The notes under the pieces: model-generated
The model's input: the letters and a program-made list of their open reading frames with translations, nothing else
Database searches by the model: none
What the model was told of the DNA's origin: nothing
In this document: piece by piece, positions 1 to 11,806 of the stretch
Layout of the letters: each line of letters begins with the position of its first letter
How positions within the stretch are numbered: position 1 is the first letter of the stretch
Program-made: the position numbers and the translations under genes
Source of the DNA: Basidiobolus meristosporus CBS 931.73
Lineage: Eukaryota > Fungi > Basidiobolomycota
Assembly: GCA_002104905.1 (NCBI GenBank)
Contig: MCFE01000021.1
Span: forward strand, 124,001 to 188,000
Direction: 5' to 3'
Length of the DNA stretch: 64,000 nucleotides

Positions 1-1043
1 AAATTGCTCCTTTACAGTAAAGCAAGGTGTATCCTGTGGTGGATCTTCTGTCTTCCAAATTTTGTCCCAAATCAGAATCAGAGTATCCCACAAGATCCTG
101 TTCTGAATCCTTATAAGTGTAGCTTAAGCAGATATCAGCAGTTCCTTTTAGATATCTAAAAATCTGCTTAACTGCTGCAATATGATCATATCCATAGTTC
201 TGAATATGCTGGCTGACAACACCCACTGAATGTGAGATATCTGGACATGTTCCAAGCATGATATACATCAGACTGCTACCATAGATTGATAAGGAAGGTC
301 AGGGCTTTCAGATAGCACCAAGCTCTCTTGATTTGGTTAAGTTCTGACCAAGTTAAGGTTTATCTCCATTGGGGTAGATACAGGTTTACAGTCTTCCATT
401 TTGTACTTCTCTAGTATATCTTGAATATACTTGGATTGGCTTAGGGTGATAGTCTGGGTACTTCTGTCTATGGAGAACTTAATCTCTAAGTAGTAACTGA
501 GTTCTCCTAGATTGGCCATCTTGAACTCCTTAGATAGGCTGGATTTAGTCTCTTCCAATATTGCTAGATTATTGGTGGCTATAATAAGATCATCCACATA
601 TAGAGCTAATAGAACTGGATTTGCTCTATCTGGCTTATAGTATATACTATAGCAGCATTCCTCCTTTGAAACTCAGAGATTCCAAATAAGAATCTATCTT
701 GCAATTCCAGGCTTTTGGTGATTATTTGAGACCATAAAGAAACTTTTAAGCTTGCAGACCAAATGGGGGTTATCTTGGTCAGTAAACCCATCAGGCTGGT
801 CCATATACATGTCCTCATCAAGTTCTCCATTCAAAAATGCAGCTTTTACATCCATTTGATGAATAAAAAACTTATATTTGGCTGCAATAGCCAATATTAA
901 TCTGATAGAACTAAACTTTGCTACCATTGCAAAGGTCTCAGTATAGTTAAGTCCTTTTGTTTGAGAGTATACTTTGACCACATGTCCTGCTTTGAATCTT
1001 TCAATTGTACCATCAGCCTTGTATTATGTCTTCAAGACTCATC
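1..1043 (-). pseudogene. Ty1/Copia family C2, copy a: reverse transcriptase and start of RNase H (fragmented; continues past window start)
   Basis: ORFs 694-981 (YTETFAMVAKFSSIRLILAIAA...HQMDVKAAFLNGELDEDMYMDQPDGF) and 337-597 (DDLIIA...LGELSYYLEIKF...SQSKYIQDIL) are Copia RT motifs; homologous to 59980-60700 on the plus strand. Confidence 0.95.
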
Positions 1044-1571
1044 TGTTATGAATAGACACAAGGCAGGAGAGTAGGGCTAGGCAAGGCAGGACCAGGAAAG
1101 GACTTAGGTGTGGATCAACAAGGCAAGGTGGATTTCCAAGGCAAGGCTGTTTATTCAAGACCTGTGTTTATCAGACTGAGGAATACTTAAGGGGGGATAG
1201 GACTATATATACTTTTTGGTTATACTGATGCCAAGAGATATTGGCTAATACTAATGGTGTTGTGGGGTGAGGCACAGCAATGTGCTGGGGATAACAATAT
1301 AGAAGGCAAGGCTCTGAGACAGGATGGGGAAATAGATTTGGTCACCCAATTATGTGACTAAGTCATGTGACCTGGTATTTCCATATATGGTACTGGACTA
1401 TGAAAAATACAATGGGAAGCTTCCATGGAATGTTCCATTGTGTAACAAGGGTTTGGAATGGTCAGGAACTTTCTGGAAGGTGGTAGAAGGTTCCAGAAGG
1501 AATCTCTTAGAGATTGAGCTAGGAAGCTGAAACTTGGCATGGGTGTTCATGGTTGTCATGTGATCATGACA
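1044..1571 (-). repeat. 3' LTR of Gypsy B (528 bp)
   Basis: TG...CA ends; abuts the PPT; homologous to 6409-6928. Confidence 0.95.
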
Positions 1572-1586
1572 CTATTCTCCTCTTCC
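1572..1586 (-). promoter_or_regulatory. Polypurine tract of Gypsy B (GGAAGAGGAGAATAG), overlapping the pol stop codon
   Basis: Purine run immediately before the 3' LTR on the minus strand; encodes the last pol codons GRGE*. Confidence 0.9.
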
Positions 1587-4500
1587 AGGTGAAGCTCTGT
1601 TGCCCTTTGGGGCAGGTTTTGCAGAATATTGCTGGTGGAACTGGGTAACCAGTTCTTGACAATTAGTGAGATGGGTAGCTGGTTCCCATGTTTGGTCACT
1701 TGGACCATAACCAATCCAGTCTACTAAGTAGTACAGCTTTGACTGGATATACTTGGAGTCTAGAATCTGTTTAACTTCAAATTCTTGATGTTGGTCAACC
1801 TGGATGGCTTGGGGCTTTGCTTCTTGCTGGTTTGGCAAGGTGTTCCTACAATACGGCTCCAGGAGGGACACATGGAAAGTATCATGGATTTTCATACTTG
1901 CTGGTAACTGTAGCTGATATACTATAGGGCTAAGCTTCTTCTTGATCTTGAAGGGACCAAGTTTCTTGAAATCCAATTTGTCACAAGGGCGGTTGGTGCT
2001 GATGTTTCTTCTGAGCAACCATACAGAATCGCCTTTGTTAAGATCAGGGCTGGGATGCCGTTTTAGATTGGCAAATTTCTAGTAGCTTTCCTGAGCTAAG
2101 GATAGCTCTTCCTTGAGGGTATTCTGGATGTTCTGGATTGCTTGGGCATGTTCAGCCGTATGTGGCTCATTGGGTTTGTTGGAATCTGGATATCAAACTG
2201 AGGGTGGAATCCATAGTTTGCATAGAGTGGTGTAAAACCTGTTGCACTATGGCTTGAGTTGTTGTAGGCAAACTCAGCAACAGGGAGTAGATCAACCCAA
2301 TTGTCTTGCTGGTAATTGATATAGCACCAGTGGTATTGCTCTAGAATCTGGTTGATTCTTTCAATCTGGCCATCAGATTGAGGATGGAAGGCAGTGGAGA
2401 GTTTGACTTGAACACCAAGGTATTGCATGAAGTGTTTCCAAAACTTGGACACAAACTGTGGGCCTCTATCTGACACAATATCACTGGGGATACCATGAAG
2501 GCGGAAAATATTCTTGAGGACTAATCCAGCGGTTTCTTTTGCATCAGTGTTCTTACAGCAAGGGATAAAGTGAGCCATCTTGGTCAGCCGGTCAGCCACT
2601 ACAAGTATAGCATTGAAGCCACAGGACTCAGGGAGGTCAGTAATGAAGTCCATAGATATAGATCTCCATTGGTGTTCTGGGATAGGCAAGGGCTGAAGAA
2701 GTCCATAGGGCTGGTGTCTGGCTGGTTTTGCACGGTTGCAAATATCACAAGTCAGAATGTACTCTTTGATAGAGTTATCATTCTAGGCCACCACAAATCT
2801 CTTTTGATAGCATTCAAGGTTTTGGCAGTACCAAAGTGGCCTGCAGCCATTGAATCATGCCAAGACTTAATGATGTCTAGCTGGGTGGCAAGGTTGGGGG
2901 CATAAAGCTGCTGCTTGTGGTAGATGAGGTTGTTTACCAAATGCAGGTTCTGGATGTTTGGGAGCTTGGGAGGGGGCCCAACTAGGGATTCCAGATATTT
3001 CTTGATGGTGCTGGAAGTCATATCAGAGGCTTGGGATTCTGTTATCCTTACTAGGAATGAAGGGGTGACAAGACTTGAGGACTGGGTGGCAAGAATCTCA
3101 AAATGTTTCTTGCTCAGCAATGGGTGTTCCATTTGCCAACAGGCATCATCTCCCTCTTCCAGGGCATATTCCTTTTTTCTGGACAGGGCATCAGGCTTTC
3201 CTTGCTTTGCACCAGGTCTATAGGTGATAGTAAAGTCAAAGCTGGACAGGAAGAGTGACCATCTGGCTTGTCTCTGGTTTAGTACTTTGGAAGCTGCAAA
3301 GTACTCAAGGTTCTTATGGTCACAGAAGACTTTGATTTTGTGTTTTGCACCATTCAGGTAGTGTCTCCATTGCTCAAAGGCTACAATAATGGCAAGCAAC
3401 TCCTTATCATAGATATCATAGTTGATCTCTGCAGGGGAAAACTTCCAAGAGTACAATGCAATGGGGTGCAACACATTATCTTCATCATACTGGGAGAGTA
3501 TGGCACCAAGGGCAAAATCAGAAGCATCAGTCTCCACTATGAGCTGCTTCTCAAGGTCAGGGTGGGCAAGCAGGGGGGCCTTCAGGAAAGATTTCTTGAG
3601 TTGGTTGAATGAGCTGGATTGCTCCTTATTCCAGCCAAAAGGTGTGTTCTTCTGGGTAAGCTTTGTCAGAGGGGTGACTATCTTGGAGTAGATGGCTATG
3701 AACCTGCAATAGAAGTTGGCAAATCCCTGGAAGGATTGTACTTCCTTGACTGAGCTTGGAGTTTTCCAGGATTTGACTGAGTAAACTTTCATTGGGTCCA
3801 TTCTTGTTCTCTCAGGGCTGATGAGGTAACCAAGAAATTCCACTTCTCTCTGGTCAAATTCACACTTCTCTAGCTTGGCATAGAGACCGCCAGAGTCTAG
3901 TTTTCTCAATACTTTCTTGACATGTTCATCATGTTTATCTTGGCTCTTGGAGTATATGAGAATATCATCAAGGTAGATTACCATAAAATGGTCAAGGTAT
4001 TCACAGAATATGTCATTTGTGAGGTGTTGAAACACAGCAGGGGCATTGGTGAGGCCAAATGGCATTACTTTGTACTCAAAGTGACCATATCTTGTGCAAA
4101 AGGCAGTTTTCCATTCATCACCGGGCTTGATTCTGACAAGATTGTAAGCTCCTCTCAAGTCAATCTTGGTGAAGACTTGGGCTGCAAATAGCTGATCCAA
4201 CAGTGTGTTGATCAGGGGCAGGGGGTAGCGGTTCTTGACTGTGATCTTATTCAACGCATGGTAGTCCACACATATTATGAGGGTGCCATCCCTCTTCTTG
4301 ACAAAGAGGATTGGGGCTCCAGCAGGTGAATTGGAGTGCTGAATAAAACCCTTCTGGAGGTTTACTTCAATATAACCATGGAGTTCTTTCAACTCCAGCG
4401 GGGAGAGGTTATATATTGGGCCAAATGGAGGGACTTTTCCATCTTCAAGGTCAATAGGGCAGTCATAAGGCCATTGGTTGGGGAGGAGTTCTGCTTTCTT

Positions 4501-5053
4501 CTTGTCAAAGACATGGGCAAACTCTTGGTACTTGGCTGGTATAGTTGCTGAGGGGGCTTCTTCAGCTGGCAAGGTATCTTGGGCTGTTGAACTGTTGGCA
4601 ACAGTCTGGAGATTTCATGGAGCTGACTTGGTGGGATCTGGTGAATGACAGGATCTTGGATTTCCAATCAATACTGGGATTGTGGTAGCTCAGCCATGAG
4701 CTTCCAAGTACAATAGGAAAGTGTGGTGAGTTGATGATGTTGAAGGCAATACTTTTGTGGTGAGCAGTACTGGACAGCTGAAGTAAGCATGTTTCATAGG
4801 TAACGGCACCAGAGGAGAGTGATCTTCCATCAATAACTTCTACTTGGACTGGACAGGATTTCAAGGTAACAGGAATAGAGTGCTTCTGGACAAAGGCTTG
4901 GTCAATGAAACAGGATGAAGCACCAGAATCAATCAGGGCTAGGGCTGGGATAGGACTGGAGTCAGGGATCTGGATTTTGACAGGCATTCTCAAGGACTGG
5001 ATAGATTTTGTGGCAAAGGAAGATTCTTGGATATGCTGGATGTTCATGGGTGG

Positions 5054-5098
5054 GTCCAGTTGCAAGCCTGTCAGAGCAACTGGACATTGGAGTTTCCC
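5054..5098 (-). promoter_or_regulatory. -1 programmed ribosomal frameshift signal (G GGA AAC, 6-nt spacer, 10-bp stem-loop)
   Basis: Slippery heptamer at 5092-5098 in the gag frame; perfect inverted repeat GTCCAGTTGC/GCAACTGGAC at 5054-5063 and 5076-5085; the -1 frame leads into the protease ORF. Confidence 0.85.
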
Positions 5099-6003
5099 AA
5101 CAGATCTGAATCAGGTTGGTTACTGGAGGACTGCATCAGCTTGAAGCTGGACTTCTTGTTGGGGCAGGACTTGGCAAAGTGACCTGGTTGGCCACAGTAT
5201 AGACAGAGGTTGGCTTGTTGATGTCTGGATTTTTCACTCTTTGATAGTTTCTTGTATTTGGCACTATCAATCTGCATAGGATCTTCTGGAGTGACTTGGG
5301 GAGCAGGAGGGGCTGGGACTGCAACAGGAATGTGTCTTTGACGGTTCTTTTGCTTCTTCTGGAATAGTCTGTTATCACACCGGATGGCTTGGTGCATAGC
5401 TTCAACCAATATATCTGGATCTGGGAGTGTGAGTAGCAGATCACAAACCTCATCATTGAGGCCATCTTGGAATTGGCTAATCAAGGCTGCTTGACCCCAG
5501 GAGCTGAGGTCACTGGAGAGTTGTCAGAATTCTGAGGCATAAACTGATGCTGGCTTGTTCCCTTGTTTGAGGGTCTTGATCTTGTTGGCAGCAATTCTGG
5601 CTTGGTCAAGGTTACCAAATGTTAGCTCCATTTCAGTGAGAAAAGCTTGGTAGTCTCTGAGGAGGGGAGAGTTGGTCTCCACTAATGGGGAGAACCACTT
5701 GAGAGCTGTACCAGTAAGCAGGTTGGAGATGAAACCAACTTTGGCCTGGTCAGTGGGGTACCAGTTGGGCTGGAGTGCAAGATTGTTCTTCACCATGTTG
5801 ATGAAGCCACAGAATTCATTCTGAGAGCCATTGAACTTGGTAGCAGGAGTATACTTGGGTTCTTGGTAGACTGGGACATGGCTAGTTTGCTGGACACTTT
5901 GGTTCTGGAACTGAGCAAGAGTGTTTCTGAGGTCTGCATGGTCTTGCTGCAGTTGGGTAAAGGCAGCCATGAGCTGGGAAAAGTTCAGCTCTGGGTTGGA
6001 CAT
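5071..6003 (-). pseudogene. gag: gag of Gypsy B with CCHC zinc knuckle; one premature TGA at 5524-5526
   Basis: ORFs 5524-6033 and 5071-5484 share a frame; capsid-like PATKFNGSQNEFCGF, PEDPMQID and CLYCGQPGHFAKSC. Confidence 0.92.
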
Positions 6004-6396
6004 GGTAGCAGAGGAAGGCAGATGAACTTGCAAGGAATACTGGAATATACTAAACTAGGTTGTGGGTTTGTAAAGCCACTAGTATGTCAAGAATATAACT
6101 ATTGAGCCACAATCCCCAACTGAAATAAGTTAGCATCACTTCAGAAGGTACTGGTTTCAATGTCCTTTGATAGAGTATTGTACTAAAGCTTCCAATACTG
6201 TAACAACTGTAAACTCCACCAGCAGGGTAATAAAGTGAATGCAGCTTTGACCAATAGTTTTACAAAGATAAAGTATCTTTGCCTTTGTAGGACAAGACTA
6301 GGGAAAGATGATGGGTGATACTTACAGTGAGTATTCCTTTTACAAGTTTTCTTCAAACTTTGGGCAGAAGGCAGGGATCCACAGGTAAGTCAGGAG

Positions 6397-6408
6397 AGTC
6401 TGATAAAC
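6397..6408 (-). promoter_or_regulatory. Self-priming-type primer binding site (GTTTATCAGACT)
   Basis: Directly follows the 5' LTR; not a tRNA CCA complement; exact complement of LTR bases 6523-6534. Confidence 0.85.
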
Positions 6409-6928
6409 TGTTATGAATAGACACAAGGCAGGAGGAAAAGCTAGGCATGGCAGGGAAGGACTTAGGTGTGGACCATCAAGGCAAGGCAGGATTCAAGGCA
6501 AGGCTGTTTATTCATGACCTGTGTTTATCAGACTGAGGAATACTTGAGGGGGAATAGGACTATATATACTTTTTGGTTATACTGATGCCAAGAGATATTG
6601 GCTAATACTAATGGTGTTGTGGGGTGAGGCACAGCAATGTGCTGGGGATAACAATATAGAAGGCAAGGCACTGAGACAGGATGCGGAAATGGATTGGGTC
6701 ACCCAATCATTTGACTAAGTCATGTGATCTGGTATTTCCATATATGGTACTGGACTATGAAAAATACATTGGGAAGCTTCCATGGAATGTTCCATTGTGT
6801 AACAAGGGTTTGGAATGGTCAGGAGCTTTCTGGAAGGTGGTAGAAGGTTCCAGAAGGAATCTCTTAGAAATTTAGCTAGGAAGCTGAAACTTGGCATGGG
6901 TGTTCTTGGTTGTCATGTGATCATGACA
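6409..6928 (-). repeat. 5' LTR of Gypsy B (520 bp) with TATA (6561-6568) and AATAAA (6507-6512)
   Basis: TG...CA ends; PBS adjacent; homologous to 1044-1571. Confidence 0.95.
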
Positions 6929-8897
6929 GTCTTGAGGTCAGATTTTTGTCATCAGCTGATGTTATTTTTTGCAAAAATTTTGAATTTTCATCAAACAACA
7001 CATCCCTAGACTTGATTAGCTTCTTTGCTTTGGTATTGTAGAGTCTGTATGCTTTACACTCATTGCAGTAGCCCAAAAATATGCATTTTACACTTTTTGG
7101 TCAAAATTTGACTGATTTTGGGGCAGTTTCTTGGCATATGTTGTACACCCAAATATTCTTAGATGTGCTGCACTTGGTCTGTACCCATACCATGCTTCAA
7201 ATGGAGTAGAATCACAAAGTATTATGTTAAAACTACTATTTTTAAGGTATACAGCTATGGCAACAGATTCCTCCCAAAAATCATAGGATAATTTTTGATC
7301 ATGGATCATAGAACTTGCCAAATCAATAGACTTGTTCTGTTGGATAGTGCCACATTGAGCCATGAGTGCCAAATGATGCCATAGTGTGCCAGGGAGGCCA
7401 AGTGAGTCTACACTTGGCCACAGAGTGTGAAACATAGATCTGCATCTTTATGCAAAGCAGCCCCTGTGTCTCTCTCATTGTGATGGAGAAAATCCATTTT
7501 TTGACCTTTTTAGGTCAATGTTGTACAGGATGTGCAAGAGCACTAAAGGATTGAAGATATACATCTGGTACTCAATACCCATGGCACTCTGAATCTAGCT
7601 TCTGTGGCTTGTAACATGTCACAAAAATGCATGGCACTATCTTGGTCCACGGGTACTATCTGGCACTATAAGTGCTTTGTATTGATCTTACTTTAGGGCT
7701 AATATTTAAATATAGTGCCCAATAGTACCAGTGGACCAAGATAGTGCCATGCATTTTTGTGACATGTTACAAGCCACAGAAGCTAGATTCAGAGTGCCAT
7801 GGGTATTGAGTACCAGATGTATATCTTCAATCCTTTAGTGCTCTTGCACATCCTGTACAACATTGACCTAAAAAAGGTCAAAAAATGGATTTTCTCCATC
7901 ACAATGAGAGAGACACAGGGGCTGCTTTGCATAAAGATGCAGATATATGTTTCATACTCTGTGGCTAAGTATAGGCTTATTTGGCCTCTCTGGCACACTA
8001 TGGCATCATTTGGCACTCATGGCTCAATGTGGCACTATCCAACAGAACAAGTGTAATTATTAATCTGCTAACACATTTTGATATTCCATTTTGCTGTGGG
8101 GAGTATGGTAAAGTAGTCCCTTGCACCATCCCATGAATTTTGCAGAAGTGGATGAAAGGTTTTGAGGTATATTCTCCATCATTGACAGAGCATATTTTCT
8201 TGATTTTTTCATCAGTTTCTCTCTCCACCATGGCTTTGAGCTCCCTGAGCTTGGACAGAGCTTCTCCCTTTCTCTCCATGAAGTAAACCCACATGTATCT
8301 TGTATAATCATCAACAAATGGGATCAAATACTTCATCCTGCCTAAGGGTAAACTTTGCATAGGTCCACACAGATCTGAGTGAGTTAGATCTAATCTTTTC
8401 TTAGTTTTGATTAACCCAGAGCTCTTGAATGGTTGTCTGGCTTGTTTCCCATATATGCAGGCTTCACAGTACACCAAATTAGCTGGGGAATCAATTTTTA
8501 CTCCAGAAATTAGTTGATCTTTGATCATTTTGTGCAAAAAATCAAAATTGATGTGTCCAAATCTCCTGTGCCAAAGCATTAGTGTTTCTTCACTTAAGTT
8601 ACTTATATTGGCTTCCAAATATGATGGAATATAAGTTAACTTGTATAGATCCTGATCTCTGATACCCAAGGCAATATGAGCACCATTTTGATCAGTGATC
8701 TTGCATCCAGAACTGTCAAAGCTAAAACTAAGTCCTCCTGCAGTGAACTTGCTGACAGATAGTAGGTTCTTGGCTATTTCTGGTACATAGAGTACTTCTT
8801 TAAAGGTCAGTGTATGGCTTCCTTCACTGCTTCTAAGGTTTACTTGGATAGTTCCTTCTCCCACTGCATCAAGTGTTCTATTGTCACCCATAAAAAT
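6929..8897 (-). pseudogene. Copia C2a protease C-terminus, GAG-pre-integrase and integrase, interrupted by a foldback MITE at 7328-8054
   Basis: ORF 7998-8891 (LWHRRFGHINF, CEACIYGKQ, HSDLCGPM, VDDYTRYMWVYF); collinear with 58385-59617. Confidence 0.93.
7328..8054. mobile_element. 727-bp foldback MITE of family P with about 343-bp inverted arms and AAT TSD
   Basis: Arms 7328-7670 and 7711-8054 are near-perfect reverse complements around a 40-bp spacer; ends AGACTTGTTC / GAACAAGTGT; AAT at 7325-7327 and 8055-8057; removing it restores the Copia integrase sequence. Confidence 0.93.
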
Positions 8898-9350
8898 CCC
8901 TATGAAAAATAATTTGGTACCACAGGTGGATCCAATCCAAATCAGCTGTCAAGATCCTGTTTAGCGACTGTCATAATAACAGCAGCTTGGAATTAGTGAC
9001 CCTCCTAACAATCTTATGATGGGATCCTAACAGTGTTTCACTAGTTTTACAGCCAAATAAAGGGATAAAACTTGTCAATATTTTATTGGTGCTGAGATGC
9101 TATTTGCATAGTATTGTTGCGGTCTTTCAGCGCTCTATTACTATTTTACATGGATCTAGTTGGCCAGGACATCCAATTGCCTTATATGGCCAGAAACTTG
9201 AAGGTATTTTGGAAGCCTCACAGCAAGACTCTGATGGCATTATATTAGCAGTATGATGGCCTACTGCTGGTTCTATATAATGCTACCATACCAACTTACC
9301 AGATGGTATTTCCTTTTTCTACCTCCTCTTGTGCAATTCATTTATTTGTA
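8898..9350 (-). mobile_element. Terminal fragment of a CACTA/CMC-type element
   Basis: Reverse complement of about 30130-30586, which follows a CACTA transposase; homology stops at the same CCC(T/A)ATGAAAAATAATT motif in both copies. Confidence 0.7.
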
Positions 9351-10845
9351 AGTATGTGCTGGACATGTTAGTTTGTGCCTCAAGTTTTGGAATCAAAGAG
9401 ATTTTGAATGAGTTTTTGCCTCAAATGAGTAATGACTATGTGATATATTAGTAGAGCAAAGTGGCTTCCAAGTGCAATATACACCGGACCCATCAAGGTA
9501 ACAGTTCCAAAGTATTGGACTGAGGGTAGGTGAATACCCTGAGGAATTGTAAGGTTAGCTTCAATAGGAGGAATACAGACTGGAAGCAACTGTGTCTAGA
9601 TTGTGCCGGCACACCTTGCTGGATTCCTTACCATCCCCTGTAACCCCAGCACACTGACACATGTCAGTCTATTCCACACCAACACCCTTCACAAGAGTGC
9701 ACAGCACTGAGTCAAAGCGCATCTGATTGACATGCATGCTTCAGAGCAAAACTACCAGAACTTGCCAAACTGCTCATTTAGACACAAGTCCATTGGAGCA
9801 GACCAAGTTGCATCAGCATATGACATCACATTGAACTCCGCCAAGTGCTATACCAACACATCATGTTGCACCTGGGTTTACTGTTACACCTGACCATCAG
9901 CAAGTTACTTCTGGTAAACTGACTGACAATGACCCATATGAAGTGCCTCCACCACCAGAGCCATGGGTAAGTAAAAGAGCATGTCAGCACATGGCACTTC
10001 AGGCTGGTTCCATTATATCATCTGGAGTGATTCAGCATAGCCAAGCTCCAGCATTGCACACATCACTTAGGAGACAAGATACTGACTACAAGTACACAAG
10101 TAGCCAAGATGATACTCAACAAGGAAGTATGTCAGGTGCACAAAGTGAATCCATATTAAGTGCTTCAGTTGTAGTCCCTGTGAGAAAAAAGCCTAGGAGG
10201 AGATGGTGCAATTGCATTGAATTGTTACTATATGTCATGATCCAAACAACACATTTTCTTCTGCAATCCAAATTAGGCCATTGCATATCAGTGATCACTA
10301 AATTTTTGCTGTAAGTATATCAAGGTTGTCTTACATTTGAGACAGTGCCTCCAAAATAAACACCATGCAGATATATAGATCATTGGTAATACCAGTGTAG
10401 CTATTCAATCTGATTTGCACCTACATAGTTGGTTGCATGCTTGCTATGACACATTGTCCAATCACTAACATCAAGGATTTATTTGCTCTATGGGCAAAAT
10501 TGGATATTTTATAGGGAATCAGGTAGCTTATGCATTGTTCAATGAGCCAATTGGGGCCTAACAGCTTCAGGATACTTTTAGACCAACCAACCATTGACAT
10601 ACCTTCTAATTGGAGTGATGGCAACCAAAATGGTATGTATCAGTGTTACTTATAGTGTGATATTCATTTATTAGACTTATTCTGTTAGATAGTGCCACAT
10701 AGTGCCAGCCTGTTTATAGTGCCAGATCAATCTGGCACTATCTGGCACTCTAACTTCTACCATAATGCCTGTGGTAGGATATAGTTAATGGTAATTTTAC
10801 TCAATCTTACTTATGTTGCTCTAAGTAGTGCTTTCCTTGCTTTAT

Positions 10846-11729
10846 TTACTCTTCATAATGCCCCAGACACATTTCTCTTGGTGGATGACTTCTTGTATGA
10901 ATATACTGTGCATTGATAAGTATCTTAACTACTTTACCTATTCTGCTATTTTCTCCTATATATGACTTTCCTCTGTATTTACATGCCAATATGCTGAACC
11001 TCTTCAGATATCAAAATGTATGCTCTACCCTCACTCTGAAGTGATTAAATATCTCATTGTAGAGCTTCTGCTGCCTGCTAAGCACACCATTCCTTGGCTT
11101 CTTATAAGCTGTTATATATTCTAATCTCTGACAATCCTCTCCTATATAAGCTAAGTCTGCCATACATTTCTCCCCTCTATGGAATTCTGGATGAATCTCT
11201 ACCCAAAGTGCTTTGTCATGCTTATTTCCAGCAAATGACCCACTAAACCAGATGATGCTACCCTCAGTGTCAGACAGTGCTTGAAACTTTGCACAGTGTG
11301 CCTTGTACTTGCCAGAATAAAAGTGCCTCTGCCCTCTAAAAGGTCTGTTAATTCTGACTGGGAAGGTATCCAAAGTACTCCTTATATGGAACCTGTTGCT
11401 GAACACTCTGGGATATGGAAGTCTATTGGAGCTTCTGATCCTAGTACTCCAAGCTTGCTCTAAGTCATTCATACCCTCTGCAAGGTGGTTCTCCATTGAT
11501 GTCAGCTGGGAATGAAAGCTTCTAGGACTTTTGTTGCCATGGATGGTGGAAGAAACCTTGTAGGGGAGTAGTTCTTGTAATAGTAGAGAAGCTTAACAAG
11601 GGATCTCCTTGAGTAGATTGGGGTAGATGGACCATAGTACTTGGCTTAGATCTCCTCTAGTGTGTCAAAAGGAAATCCAGTGATAGTGAAGGGATTGATG
11701 AGAAAAGACAATTCAGATGAGTAAGTCAT
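10846..11729 (-). pseudogene. DDE transposase of P2 (DDE_Tnp_4-like; IS5/PIF-Harbinger/ISL2EU superfamily)
   Basis: LDTFPVRINRP, FYSGKYKAH, FSGSFAGNKHD, ADLAYIG, YKKPRNG, YNEIFNHFRVRVEHTF; frameshift near 11010. Confidence 0.9.
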
Positions 11730-11806
11730 ATTAAAACCCGGTAGAGGATTAGACTGAGGTGATTTGACTTGATTTGGCAAAATCAACTTTATTTATCTGA
11801 TTTTCC

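Larger units (their letters stand above)
1572..5098 (-). pseudogene. pol: pol of Gypsy B: protease, RT, RNase H, integrase, chromodomain; about 3 frameshifting indels
   Basis: ORF pieces 4562-5065 (LIDSGASSCFI), 2752-4572 (IDLRGAYNL, YLDDILI, ETDASDFALG), 2096-2689 (ISMDFITDLP, DRGPQF) and 1572-2018 (GPF, then FEVKQILDS...YLVDWIGYGPSDQTWEP chromodomain, about 1625-1781). Confidence 0.95.
1044..6928 (-). mobile_element. Ty3/Gypsy chromovirus, family B, two LTRs, nested in Copia C2a
   Basis: Direct repeats 1044-1571 and 6409-6928 (TGTTATGAAT...TCATGACA) enclose gag-PR-RT-RH-IN-chromodomain on the minus strand; PPT next to the 1571 end. Confidence 0.97.

Noticed and set aside
1358-1540. 60-aa ORF repeated at 6715-6897
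   Set aside because: Repeated only because it lies within the two LTRs; no evidence of coding.
2570-4551. Plus-strand ORFs of 70-110 aa opposite Gypsy B pol (and similar antisense ORFs over other elements)
   Set aside because: Shadow ORFs on the antisense strand of a long coding region; no recognisable motifs.
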